Shown here: positions 36,833 through 49,700 of the stretch, piece by piece | Layout: each line of letters starts with the position of its first letter | Numbering within the stretch: the first letter of the stretch is position 1 | Origin: Laetmonice hystrix | Lineage: Eukaryota | Direction of reading: 5' to 3' | Length of the DNA: 64,000 nt | NCBI GenBank assembly: GCA_965235115.1 | Contig: OZ249436.1 | Span: forward strand, 51,400,001-51,464,000 | Made by a program: the position numbers and the translations under genes | Notes under the pieces: model-generated | Databases searched by the model: none | Told to the model about the DNA's origin: nothing | What the model saw: the letters and a program-made list of their open reading frames with translations, nothing else

Positions 36833-37147
36833 ATTCTATGTATGCAGTGACTGAGAGTTGAGAGCGAAGGGGCAGAGAAACAGGCCAAGAAAAACATTAT
36901 TAGGGCGGGAAGACGCGTGACAGCTTCAGTTTTTGACCAAATCGTTTTATTGACCACAATACAATCACTAATAGCGGCATAGTCCTAGGCCTAATTATAC
37001 ACGTGGAACCATACTTCAGCCCCAGTCATAATATGCCTACCGACTGATATTATTATTTCTCATGAACCTAGTTTCACCTTCTTAATTTTGTAGGCCAACT
37101 AAGAGCTCCCAGAGCCGAACAGTAAACGTTTGTCGCCAGCCCTGAAA

Positions 37148-38335
37148 ATGACCGCCAGAGAGAAGCCAAGAACTCGTCCAGATGTGGACTTCGAAGAGGA
37201 CTTGGCTCAGCAGTTTGACTGCAGGTCAGTTTATGGTATGGACGTGGTCGAAGAACACCGGTTCAAGTCACCTTCTGTCTACAGTATGCCGATCGGAAAC
37301 GTCGCCCCACGACCGAGGTCTCCGTCAATCTACAGCATGTTTGTGACAGACACGACGTCCCGACCTCGCTGTAAGAACCCCTCCGTCTATAGTATGCCCG
37401 TCACCGAGATTCAAGTACAGAGCCATGAAGATTCATTTGGAAACCGCGCAGCAGATGACAACCTTTCGGAGGGACGTGCTTTGTTTATGACGCACCAAAG
37501 TCGCGCGCTTCCCCAAGGGAACAGCAGAAAAAATTCAGTCGTTTCAAACCACTTGAATTTCACTTCCCGCGTTAAAAGCCCATCCATTTATAGTATGCCA
37601 ATTCTCGGGGCGAGCCCTATGGAAACTCCCGGTGGGTTTAACTTAAGGACTGTTATTCCCAGAAATCCAACGCCCCCTCCTGCTTTTGACATGGAAAAGT
37701 TACAACGTCAGTTAAGCCGGAAGAAAAAGGGCTGCAACACAGTGGACATAACACCTTCCCACAGGGAGCGTTGTGCTTCCCCCAGACAACATACGGCGTC
37801 CAACGGCAAGGTTGGCATGGCAGGTACTTACCAACGGTCAGAATCATGTTATAGAGGTAGTAACAACAAAAACACGGAAAGCTTACCTGTATCTTATCGG
37901 GTTACAATATTTTTTGGAATTATAGCTGTTACGTTGATATTCAGTGGAATTGTTGTTTCTATCGTCGGTTATACGTCTCCTGGAAGAATGGACCATGGAG
38001 GGACCACGGCAATGAAAGTTGCCGGCCCGATGCTCTTGGTTGTTGGCCTGTGTGTGTGTGCTGGGTGTTTTATTTACTTTTGCTCAGTTTATCTGCGATA
38101 CAAACGCCTATCTGCTTATTTGCGTCGACGGCATAGCTGGCGAGGTCAGTCAACAAGAGGAACGGATTCTCACATCGACAACAGAAGAGACGCTGGAAAT
38201 GAAAGGGGAAATTCAAGGCCAAAGCATAGCGGAACAAAGGCGTCGAACGACATGACTAAAATTATCAGGATGTTTCAAACTAATGGAGCATATCGCAATG
38301 GGAACGATGCCTATAGTGGTGGAGTAGCATTATAA
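37148..38335 (+). CDS. Uncharacterised 395-aa two-TM membrane protein (TM hairpin resembling TMEM200/PIRT-type proteins), single coding exon
   Basis: Longest ORF in the window. First ATG at 37148 (AAAATGA), downstream of acceptor TTAATTTTGTAG at ~37093. TM segments VTIFFGIIAVTLIFSGIVVSIVGY and MKVAGPMLLVVGLCVCAGCFIYFCSVYL, followed by basic RYKR. Family resemblance is by eye. Confidence 0.8.
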   Translation: MTAREKPRTRPDVDFEEDLAQQFDCRSVYGMDVVEEHRFKSPSVYSMPIGNVAPRPRSPSIYSMFVTDTTSRPRCKNPSVYSMPVTEIQVQSHEDSFGNRAADDNLSEGRALFMTHQSRALPQGNSRKNSVVSNHLNFTSRVKSPSIYSMPILGASPMETPGGFNLRTVIPRNPTPPPAFDMEKLQRQLSRKKKGCNTVDITPSHRERCASPRQHTASNGKVGMAGTYQRSESCYRGSNNKNTESLPVSYRVTIFFGIIAVTLIFSGIVVSIVGYTSPGRMDHGGTTAMKVAGPMLLVVGLCVCAGCFIYFCSVYLRYKRLSAYLRRRHSWRGQSTRGTDSHIDNRRDAGNERGNSRPKHSGTKASNDMTKIIRMFQTNGAYRNGNDAYSGGVAL

Positions 38336-38337
38336 GT

Positions 38338-38676
38338 CAGTGATGTCGGACAAGGGGGGCCGGGGGGGCTGCCCCGCCCCCCACACTTTCAAAAGTGTGT
38401 GTGTGTGGGGGGGGGGGGGGGTTAGTATGGTCCCCCCCCCCACTTTTCAGGGCTGTATTGTTCAACACAATATACAGCTGAGTTGAGTGACAGTCGGATA
38501 ATAATACTCTGTTTCTGGAAGCTCTTGCCAGCAAATTTAGGTTTACTCAGACGAGTGCATCACAAAAGCAGTTGTAGTAATGTACAATGGGAAGAGAATT
38601 TGGGTCACCAGCATAGTGATGTCACAATCATGACAATGTTTGCCCCCCCCCTTCTTTTTTGCTTCCGACATCACTG
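38338..38676. mobile_element. MITE, 13-bp TIR, imperfect 5-bp TSD
   Basis: CAGTGATGTCGGA ... TCCGACATCACTG; flanks TAAGT / TAAGC; G/C-run interior. Confidence 0.7.
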
Positions 38677-39931
38677 TAAGCTACTGTTACTAAGTTGGTC
38701 TCTACTGCTGTAGTTTCCTGGATAAATATTGACTATGAAAATGTCATCTGTCAGTTGAACAAGCGACGGAGTTGCTAATTACGCGTTAATTATACCTACA
38801 CCATGTGTTATCACAGGAGGATAGGGTTCCACAACTCGAGCGTTTGATCTCTATTGGCATAAACCGTCAGGAAAAACGGGCTCTATTGCTGAAGTTTACG
38901 ACATCGGACATAAAATTGGTGCGCCAGGAAGGCTTAACTTGGTACATGCCGTAAATCTCACTCGGGGTGTATACGCACACGTTAAATCGGATTAAGATGA
39001 AAGTCCGCCCAGTAACTATATTCCGTTCCCTGGGTCACGCCAAACTTTTCAGTTTAATAATAACGGCGCCAATGCAGCATTTTTATAAGACGAATCGAAG
39101 TATAATTCGGTGCTATTCCTAACTTCTGGTTAGGTGTAACAGGAATGTGTGAGGTCTGGCGGCACACAAGTTCGCCGAATTTGTTGTTTGTTATGTAGGT
39201 CCTAGATCGTCCACTTCGGGTAGGGATTTCAGTTAGGGTTAAGGTTAGGTTTATTTATATATGATCAAGCTTAAGGTTAGGTTTATTTATAAAATATTAT
39301 CAATGACTTCAAGCCCTAGACATGCAGGTCCTTCGGAGCTGCATTTTAGGATTGCAGGTTCAACAGCCTGGCATTCTAGGTTAGAAATATGTTACACCTA
39401 TACCCTCAACTCCAGTATTATTTGTTTCATGCTGTGATTATCCCTTATTGATATAGTTTTATCACTGTAATGCGGATTGTGTAAAATTGCGCAATTAGGT
39501 ACAAGCAAATCTCGTCCTTTCAACCTGATGAGTTGCAGCGTACACGGTTCGTGGCTGAAGACAAGAAGAGCTGGACACTTCGCTCCTTTTTTCATAATGG
39601 GGATACAAAATCCATTTTTCCATCCAATTAATTCTTCGAGCAAGACAAAAAGTATTGTGTTTTTCCGCGACAGCTAATATTTCTCTGCCTTGCTCGCTTA
39701 CAATTTTTTATCATTGTAAAATCGGATGTTTTCTCTTAGCAAATTAAAGTTTCTTTAAAGAAGTTTTTTGTTGTTACTTTATGAACCATAAAAGGAAAAT
39801 ATGTTTGAGGAGAGCGAGTAAAAATTACTTCAATGTTCGTAACATGACATTGAAATAACTGCAAAAAATATTATTGTCGTTAATACATCCTTTTTACGTA
39901 GGCCTACTCGAATACTTTCCGTAAAACAGGG

Positions 39932-40160
39932 TGGGTGGGTGTTTGGGGTTTTACGCCTTGCAACAACCAGGGTCATATCACGGCGGTGAAGATGATGATG
40001 AAAGTCAGTTTTTGTTGGTAGAGGAAACCGGAGTACCCGGAGGAAACCACCGGCCTTCGGGAAGGAACTGACTGACAAACCTTTCATACATGCAGCCCTG
40101 ACCGGGGTTTCAAACCCGGACCGCAGTGGTGTAACACCTATAGACCATGCACTCGGCCCC
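39932..40160 (-). mobile_element. tRNA-derived SINE with V/Meta-type core
   Basis: Minus strand starts GGGGCC, has a B-box-like GGTTTGAAACC, core GTGGTTTCCTCCGGGTACTCCGGTTTCCTC and an (ACCC)n tail. TSD GTAAAACAGGG at 39921 and 40161. Confidence 0.8.
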
Positions 40161-41011
40161 GTAAAACAGGGAATGAGGCCAACAGGACTCAGATTTTCAC
40201 CCGTTATTCCCACTTCTGGAAACATAATTGGTTAAATATAAGTGATGGAATAAACCGTGTTTAACCGCCATATCAAGATTTAGCGATCGAGCTCGTAATC
40301 AATAACTCATAATGACCAATAATCCCTTGATATTAATTATATAATTGTCAGTGTTTAAAGCAGTTTTTTGTCCTCACAACTTCCTGCTCTCCGTTTTGCT
40401 CTTCAACCCGATCCCTTTTTCCATTGTTTGCTTACATTTTCCGTTCCGTGTAAATAATAATCATCCACACTAAAAATTGCAGCGTGACAGTTAACATAAC
40501 CCCATGATCATAATCGCAACGTCTACACCATAGATTTACCAGCACACCGTCATAAAACTGTCGATGTAATTTGATGGATTATGTCCCTTCTCGGTCCACT
40601 CTATAGCCATGACGAAGCCAATACTCCCGCATAGACAAGGCTACAGGGAAGGTGTAATTGGCTCCAGTCGCGTTAAGTTAGGCCAATCACGTGACCGTCT
40701 GAGCTCCTTTGTGAGGCAATCCTATTCCGGCTGTATAGAGGGGGGAAAGAATTCTCGGTTAGGTGACTATGCCAATGAAAAGGCTTGACTCTCCTAATGA
40801 CACCTTTTGCTAGCTTTGGTTACAAATATCAGGAGGTTACGAATTTAGCCGTGCCTTTGAGCGGCCTGTATTATGCACAATTGCCTGCCGTAAGTGGTAG
40901 TGGCCATGACCTAACGCTTGTCTCGAAATTGCGATAATACAGGTAGGCCCATTAGCCTGGCAGAATTTCTGAATACCCCTTGATGTTTGTTAAAGTCTCA
41001 CTTGACTCGTG

Positions 41012-41722
41012 GCAAGAAAAACAATTTTTTGCCGGATGTGTTCTTTCCGACCTTGAGCATTCCGAGAAATCCAAGATGGCGGACACAATAAAGACTGAAA
41101 GAGAAAATTCACTTCCGTTTGACCGACTTATCACTTCCGTTATCGCGACTTTTTGGCATTTCGTGCAAAATAATTTTTGGCATTTTCTCCACTTTCCATT
41201 TTGCTCACATTTTTTTTTCAGCTAAAATTTCTTTTCGTTTTCCCGACATTTCATTTCTGTTTTCCTGACTTTTCACCTCCGTTTTCACAACGTTTCCCTT
41301 TCGTTTTCCCGACTTTTTTTGCATTTTGTTCAAAAACGGCCTTGACATTCAAGGAACCTTGATCACAAGGTGGCAGCACATGCAGATCAGCTTTGCTGTC
41401 ACCTTGTGATACAAAATATTATTAACTTCCAGCACTAGAATCTTTTTTGGAATGTCTTTTCGTTCAATACAGTACCCTTTTTATGAGAATGTTTGGGAAG
41501 CCATACGGGATTTGGTTCAAAAGGGATTGGGTCAATCGGATAATTTCGTATTCCATAAGCAGTCGTCTTTAATGTGATAAAGGAGTGGTCCAGTGTGAAA
41601 TTTTCTTTCTCTATTGGATTCCCTGACCCCTTTTCTATAGTCTCCATTGTCGCTGCTATCTTGGACTTTTTGGTATTTTCAAGGACGGGAACAACCCATC
41701 CGGCAAAAAATGTTTTTTTGTC
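41012..41722. mobile_element. Probable non-autonomous DNA transposon remnant with ~75-bp diverged inverted repeats
   Basis: 41012-41089 (TTTTTTGCCGGATG...TCCAAGATGGCGGACACAAT) is the reverse complement, with substitutions, of 41647-41722. Confidence 0.55.
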
Positions 41723-42976
41723 ATTTGGTACCCGTTCTGTCTGTGCAGGCTTGTTCATTTGGTAGGCCTACCGTTTCCCGTTTGGGCAGGTCTGTTCATT
41801 TGGTAGGCCTACCGTTCCCGTTTGTGCAGGTTTGTTCATTTAGTATCAGTCCTGTTACAAAAGATGAAGAATGAAGTTGAAAATTGTTCTGAAATCCAGG
41901 GGCTGATGTCTAATGTTTCACTTAGGATCTAAAGAGGGGGACACGATGTTCTAATGGATGTTTAACTAGCCACAGCAGGGAAATCGATTGACATCATGGC
42001 TTATAAAAAATATCCTGTGTAGGCCTATCAGTTTGTGCGAGAGACTAACAGGCAAAAGCAGGCAAAAATCTCGAGAAAGAATTTCCGTGTAAAGGTTGCT
42101 AATGGGCTGGCATACAAAATACAACGTCGTCAGAGTTATCGTTTAAAATGAAAATGAAACATTATCTCGGCTATAATGCTCTGATTATTTTTTTCAGAGA
42201 AATAGAATACGCCTACCGGTACTGAAATAGGAAACAGACCACAGCATTGTGTACTCGTAGCTAATAAGTTAATGGTAAGGATAAGGGAGGATTAGATATC
42301 GTTGCAGATTCCATTCTGTTATATCGAAGCCTAAGAGTATAATTTGCGATTAGCCATAAAGCTCTTTATATAATTATTTATAGATTAACTGGACTTATCA
42401 GGTATAAGATATAATAATATAATAATACTGTCCAGGGTCATAACTAGCATTGAAGCAGACAAGGCCCATGATACGTCGTCTGTCATTCCCCAGATTTTTG
42501 TTTGTGTGTGTGTGTTCGCTTCGCCTCTTCTTAAGGTCTGGTTATACGGCCCAGCTCTTCCAAGGTTTGGTTATCATACATGGTACTATGTAAGCCACAA
42601 ATGGATAGACATAACCATCGATCACATATATTATTTACACTATAATGAGACACAAGTCCGATTTGCCATGGTATAATGATTGATCTCGATAATTACAATA
42701 GAAAAGTGAGAGGGGAGTAATTAATTATCTATCCGTTCCGTAATTGGTAGAGATATCGTCGTTTGCCGACTAATTATTGCGCTGCAAATGAATTCGACCA
42801 TCAGCAGCTGGTTACCACCGTGATTGAGAAACTGGACTAGAGAACAACAACCTGACCTTGCATCAGGTAAGACAACAGTAAGAGAAATGTCTTGGATCTT
42901 GTTACCGTTTGCACATTGTTCCTTATCGGACATCATACAAAACAGGTCTATAGAATGCATGTCGCGATCAAATCGA

Positions 42977-43118
42977 TAGGGCCCGTAGCCAATTAAGAGG
43001 TTAGAGGGACAGAGGGGAGCGCCCCCCCCCCCCAGGAATCAACTCCCCCCCCCCCCTCCGAAAATGTGGAGACAAGATTAGTTTTTTTTCACCCAGGCTG
43101 AGTTATGCTATGGGCCTA
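42977..43118. mobile_element. Degenerate MITE
   Basis: GGCCCGTAGC ... GCTATGGGCC with C-run interior; no clear TSD. Confidence 0.4.
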
Positions 43119-44073
43119 AACTAGCTTTGCATTCCACCTGGCAGAGGATAACTGAGAAACGGCCGTAAGAAACATGTAGAGTAAAACCTCTTATAAACGG
43201 TGCATGATTAGGTCCAGCGATCCTATACGATTCAAAAGATTATTTTGGTGAAAGCTAATCTGATTATGTGTAACGTATACAATATGTAACAAGACTCCCA
43301 CTAATTCATAAATATTTTCATTCATACATAAATGCAGTATACCTTCGAAACTGCACCTTTGCACCTTTGTCTTATTTTCTGGACTACACTGGAAGTGCAC
43401 GTTGTCACACAAGACTGTGCAAATCTGGACGCAATTAATGACGCATAATGACAATATAGGGTAGTTCGGTGTATTATGATTAGGCGATCACAAACGGCCT
43501 GCAAGTGACAGGTATAGGGCAGTAAATAGAATATTGCCCAGGCCTTGTGCAATGGAAATGAGTAGCGGCAAACCCGGGAATTACAAGGGCGACACTGGGA
43601 AACATGATTATCTAGTCATTCTCGATGCAGATCACAATAGAATTACAACAATGTATGTCTAGGCCTAATGATCATTTTAAGGTACTAAATTAGTCGAGAC
43701 TGAATGTCTCTGATGCATTATTCGGCGTACACTCTATAAATTCGAAATAATGTATTTATTACAAATCTCTTCTTTCATATAGACAACGCCACTTTATTCA
43801 CAAAGATCATTATGGTGTTCACCAACAACAAACTCTGTCACAAATGTTACATATTCTATTCATCTAGTACTTACCCATGGCGGCCCCCTGTTCAAGGCGC
43901 CTTATTCACGCAGATGTTTACATTGCTATTTTGTTCTAGACCAAGGTTTCTTTTGAAATTTATTTTTTTTTCCTTTTATTACACTTACTTTCACATTCTG
44001 TCTCACTGACAACCTCGAGCATTTAAATGATAAGCACCTATGTTTTCCCAGTTCTGATTGTTAATGGCAGTCT

Positions 44074-44350
44074 TTATATCAAACGTTCGCTAAATTCCTC
44101 CTCCTCCTCCTCCTCGCCATTATCGGTTTCTTCGATCCCACTCTCGGTGGTATCGTCAGTAATGTCGGAAGCAGAGGGTAGTGTTTCCGTTTCCGGTGTA
44201 GTCGGAGTTTCGCTATCTGTGTCCAGACTGAGTGACACCACAGACATGGTCAACACCCCACTAGAGACGCTCCGCGGCCTTCTTCTCGGCTTGGAGGGAA
44301 GTCCTTCCGTCGACTTCCGTGGGAAGACAAGTTTCCATTCCTCTTCTGGT
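44074..44350 (-). CDS. Coding exon 3 of the 432-aa protein (acidic Ser/Thr-rich tail)
   Basis: Acceptor TTTCTTTTAATCAG|A; frame PEEEWKL...EEEEEEEFSERLI*. Exon sum 683+339+277 = 1299 nt = 433 codons. AATAAA on the minus strand near 43755-43798. Confidence 0.8.
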
Positions 44351-44610
44351 CTGATTAAAAGAAACGTATTGTAAAGAAATTGATCACGAGCTTAATTTCA
44401 TGTTGTCTTTTAGGGGTGAACCATTTGGCATGGAAGGGGAGGGGGACTATGATTTTTCTTTCTCCGCTTGTTGTTGTTTTTGGGGTTTTTTTTCCAAAAA
44501 CATAAAATAATTTTTATTTTTTAACAGGGGGGGGGGGGGGGGTGGGAACAAACTTTTTTGCACCATCTGCTGAAAGAACTAAACATACAATGAAGCCCAT
44601 TCCCCTTTAC

Positions 44611-44949
44611 CTTAAATGTCTCTCTATTGCAGAGATGATCAGCTGCAGGTCATCAACATCTTCTTGGTCAAATCGCTGGGCATTATGTTGCCACCTCCGA
44701 ACCTTTCGAATCTGACGACGTAACACTTCTACGTCATTGTCAACACACAACTGCGTCTGCAACGCGTCGCCGACGTCAACGTGACCGTCGCCATCTTGGA
44801 AAACCCTGACCATGCGACGGATTCGGTCGGCTGTAGCCAGGACGCGGTTCCGTGCAGGGTTCGTCTCAAACCGTTCATTGGGATTTCTCTCCTCTGTGGT
44901 AGGAGAGGCAGCTGAACCTTGGGAGGAGTTTGGATCGATTTTCCCTCGT
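44611..44949 (-). CDS. Coding exon 2 of the 432-aa protein
   Basis: Acceptor TACTCAG|A and donor AG|GTAAAG; phase 2-2; open frame RGKIDP...ERHLR. Confidence 0.8.
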
Positions 44950-46078
44950 CTGAGTACGTATAGGTGGTTAGAAAATACAAAAAGCAAATTGTTAAAATAT
45001 ATTTGGAAACACATGAAAACACAAGGAGAAAAGTACGTGTTGTGTTTCACAGTGAAACGATAGGACAATTAAGGTAAATCTACACTATAGCAGGCAATTT
45101 TCTCGTAATCAGGCACCGAATATCTCAGTTACTTAACTGTGATAACCGCCAGACAGGAGCTGAATGGGTCGAGAGAGTATACGATTCAATCTAGTATGTT
45201 CCTCGTTACATATAGGGGTCAGAGAATGGCGTGCATTTATGTACCTTGTGGTGGAACAGGTTATGGAGACAGCCGTTACCGCCCTGTAGGCCTGGTGAGT
45301 CTATAATACATGTCTCCGAACGGGTTGTATTCAGTATCACTTATACATTAATTACCTATTTCATTTCAACCGGCCTCAACCGCTAAAACGGATTCAGTAG
45401 ATCCATTAAATATTCCAAATACCTACTGGATGACTCAATAAGCACAGGCGTGCCGGAAGGGAGCTCTATATAAGTAATATACATGTATCAATCTGCTACT
45501 TGCCAGTTCATGTAAACATTTATGGCTCAACATGTCGGCCCAGTAACCATCTATCGCCTGACAAGCTAATCACAGGGCTAATATAATCTGTCAATGACAC
45601 GTTATGTTATACGATGTAATCGCTTCTTAGACATGGAACAACGATTTTTGTTATTTCGAGTAAAGAAAACAAATATAAGGAAAATTACTATTTTGGCAAC
45701 AAGGGACAATCAAAAATCAAGGATCCCGGAAGTTTTCAACACTCTCAGGTTATAAATACAGGAGAGATCCTTCCCTCCAACTGTATTGTGCAGCGTTTGT
45801 AGCCAAAGCCATTAACACGTGATCACACAACTGATCCTTTTCTTTGCAATTTCCACAATACATTAGGGAGTCCGGTATTGTATTACAAACATGAGCTTTT
45901 ATCGTGCGTTAATGGCAACATATGATGTTCAGCGTTCTTATATCTATTCTAATTTCACTCTAAGATGGGGAAGAAGTTGCCAAGTAGTGACATCTTGAAT
46001 ACCCTGGTACTGATTACTAATATATGGGTCTTTACTATGAAACCTGAAAGAGATTATAACGGTAAGAATGGAACTTAC

Positions 46079-46761
46079 AGAAATGCAACAGCTTCCGTGA
46101 GTTCTGTAAGCCGACTGTCGATGTCATCGAGTCCCTTACTGGAACCGTCAATGTTGGTGAGCTTCAGTTTGTTAAAGTCTTTCTGCACGGACTGAAAGTC
46201 TTCGTCGATATTTTGTCTCAGGTCGTTACTGCCGGCATCCAGAATGAGGATGTACTCGTCCACGTTTTCCAGATCCTCCTGAACACATTCAATTTCGATG
46301 GAGAACACATCGCTGCGACAGGTGGTGACACACTCGTGGAAATCGTCGATGTCATTGTCACCGTACGACACCGAGCCGTTACGCCACCGACGTAGGATGC
46401 GCATGCGCTGACGCAAGAGGTGGACGGTTCTGGAAAGGTTTTCAGCCACGTCGAGTCTGTTCTTCCTCGAGTCTTTTATCACCACCAGTCTTTCTATTAG
46501 TGACTGCAGAATCTTTTCTAGCTGGGCCAGACGACCTTTCGGTGACGCTGGATCGTAAACAGATTGGGTCCTCTGGGGTAAGATCCGAGCCCTGGGGACG
46601 GGCATACGTCGGGGTGTGGCCTGCCCATTTTCATGGGGTCGACGTTGCACTCCAGTGTTGTAGTTTTGAACAACAGGCTTGTTCTGGTTTTCAGGCGTCG
46701 TGATCACGTGACCCATTTGTGATTTTTTGGCGGGAAATTCTCCATGGACAATTACGGTCAT
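46079..46761 (-). CDS. Coding exon 1 of a 3-exon, 432-aa uncharacterised helical/coiled-coil protein
   Basis: ATG at 46761 with an in-frame upstream TGA. Acceptor TTTCCTTTAG before 46805. Donor CT|GTAAGT at 46079 (phase 2). Confidence 0.8.
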
Positions 46762-49700
46762 CCTGCTCCATCAGTGCTAGGCTTGCATGTCCAGCATGTC
46801 TTTATCTAAAGGAAAGCGAAAAGCATTATTACACCTATATCATATTATTACTCGAAAATATAATATTAACCGAAGTACCAGGGAAAAACTACTGACCTGT
46901 GGCAAATAACCGCCAACAAATGGCATAAAAGGGATCTATCTAACAAAAGCTGCTTAAGGACTTGGTCATAGATTATACCATAACCATTTTGAGTTACCTA
47001 TACTGTTGCCGCAGGCAAAGCCAAACAATTCATATGCGGCCGGCGAACGATGGTTTTGAATAAGTAAGTCATGCAGACAACGTGCTCTGAATGGGTGATT
47101 TTGAATGACCCGCCGGCAATAATTAGAATATAGTCTTTATACTGCAATTAGAGCAAGGTTCATGTGATTTGCAGGGGCGTAACGTGTTTCAAACATAAAA
47201 TCCTTTCAAGCCATTTTAGCGTGGGGGTTGAGCTACAGGAGTTCTGTAGCTAGCTCGACCAATCCATTGGTAATTTTAAATTCAACGGTTTGAAGATAAT
47301 ATAGATTAAAATTTATGTAAAAATGAACCCAACAGATTTAATTGATTTTAACTATCGACGTTGATTTGGGGGAGCTTCACCTATATCTTGCCCCATGGTT
47401 GGGTCACTTTTGTTAAAACATTGATGAATTATATACCTTTTCAAAATATAGTTGTATGAAATCCTGATACCATTATTACCAAGCACACTAACAGTCATAG
47501 TATACAATAAAAATGTTTTCGTTTAGCTTGATGTGACAGTTATTAGTGCACCTTTCGGCAACTGCTCATCAGTTTCTTGGGGGGATCATGAACATTTTAA
47601 GTTTGATCTACGTAGAATTCAACTCCACATTCAACCACGTGTAGAGCTAGTACCCAGCGGTTGTTTTTGAGAAGAGCAGATTAATTTTATTACGCGGTTG
47701 ACAACTTATCCCTGTTCCCAGAATCCGTGACAGGAAGCCTGCCGACCAACAGCTTGGGTTTCACTTCCTTAACGAACTGTTAAGCGAAAGCGAACGTATT
47801 TTCCCACAACTGTCACGGCTTGAAGAGTGGCCTATAATAAGCTATATTAGTCTGTGTACCTTTGACAACGGAACAATTATTGCCAGGGACATTCAGCTTC
47901 TTGTATCCAGCACCAAACACGCACTGGAGTGTCAAATTTAAAGTTCGGTGTAAAATTGCAGCAATACCTTTAAGTTTCAATGATGGCATGCACCTTGTGA
48001 AAATGTAATTGCCCATTTAGGAATCAATTACTGTTGTGACCTGTCACGTGTTGCTTCAGAAGGGTATAGGTAACAGTCAGAAATAATGTTTTGTGATATT
48101 TCTGAAGAGGGAACACAAATACAGACCGTTCAATTTGTATACACCTCGAGCCAAACCATGTGGACTATAGTTGTAAATTATTGTCTTTTGTCACTGAAAG
48201 GGATACGTATACATTGAAAACGCCGACACCTATCCATACACTGGCGGAAGTAATAACACACGTGTACTTTGCCTTATGATAAGATAGATATTACCTGTCG
48301 CGACTCCTCATGCCGTGACTGCCTTTGGCGCCATGCCAAACTCTTACTAGAACCTGCAGGCGCCAATATAGACCATACTTTATAGTCAAAGCTATCCTAT
48401 GGGCCACCTATCCATATGCAATCACTGTGGTGTGGACACCTACAGAGATGGTTGTATCACATGAGGTGATAAAAACACCATTCAACCCTGAAGACTATAC
48501 CCAACTTATATAAATATACCTACTCGTTCCCGTATCGTACTTACGCGCAGTATGGCGTTGTAGAGCAAGTCGCCTTAAACGTGTCCATTCCCCGGCAATT
48601 CGCATTACAATGTTGCTGGCATTGTTATGTACGACTTCCTATCAGGGCCGGTACACTTTACCGTATGTAAGAAAGTCTATGGGATAGCTATAGACCCACC
48701 CATGTGTGGAGAGAGTGTATGCACACGACCAGCATAATAAATATATCGTTTGGGAAGTTAGTAAATAAGCGGAAGAAAGGCCATCCATGGCCTGTTGATA
48801 ACGTGCCAAATTGTGTCAAACACGTCCTAATTCATATAATATAGATACAATTTTACTGAGGGAAACCCTTTAGAAAAAGGTGATCCTTTTCTTTGCAGTA
48901 AAATTTTCCTGCTCTTGCCAGAAAAGAATACTGACCCTGAAACACCTCTACTTCCCCCATCGTTATGGACATTTGGGTTCATGACCGTGTCCGTGTTTGT
49001 ATTTAAGCTCCTCAAATATTTGAGAGCTCTGAAAATGTGTTCACATACCTGGCGTCCCTTTTGCGAAGAGTATTTTCCTTGTTTCTGAACTTGACAGTCA
49101 CATCTATCCAGGATACTGTGTATTTTACCGAATTACCCTCCTTCTAAAATGGTCGATAAAATATTGTCCTATAAAAGACATGATGCATATAGCATACAAC
49201 CATGCAGACAATTCAGTGTATCGTCCATAGCGTACCTAATCCCGTTATAGACCGGCTGTTGGCTCCTTGTTGTATGGTCCTTGTGGACTCCTACAAAGTG
49301 AATCGGACCAGAAAGTGGCTGGTGTCGTCAGGCTGGAGACGATACGTACAGGGACATAGGCCGTAGCGTGTTCGCTCGACCTGCCGCTATACTGACCGGG
49401 TGACCCGTACCGGTAACTCACACGGCCCGTTACACACCTTGCTTGGCCCAAGTCGAGGTCTGTTTCAGTGGAGCAAAATCAAATAAGTTTGCGTTAAGCT
49501 CCCCGGATCAGGTAAATGATCTTAGTCCAGAGGATTATTTTAAAAACGGATTATCAGCAAGATATCCTGTTTGGACCCTCGGGTGCCGACTGAGTGCATG
49601 ATTGGGCCATTAAAGACGCACTCTTAAGTTAGAGGTCGGCTGCACGGATCACTGTGTGATTTGGTATAAGAAACAATGTCAGAAGTTATTGGGATAATCG

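Noticed and set aside
39230..39290. TTAGGG/TTAAGG-like words suggesting an interstitial telomere
   Set aside because: Only a few degenerate units, too short to call.
44027..44374. 115-aa Ser-rich plus-strand ORF
   Set aside because: Antisense shadow of the acidic exon 3 on the minus strand.
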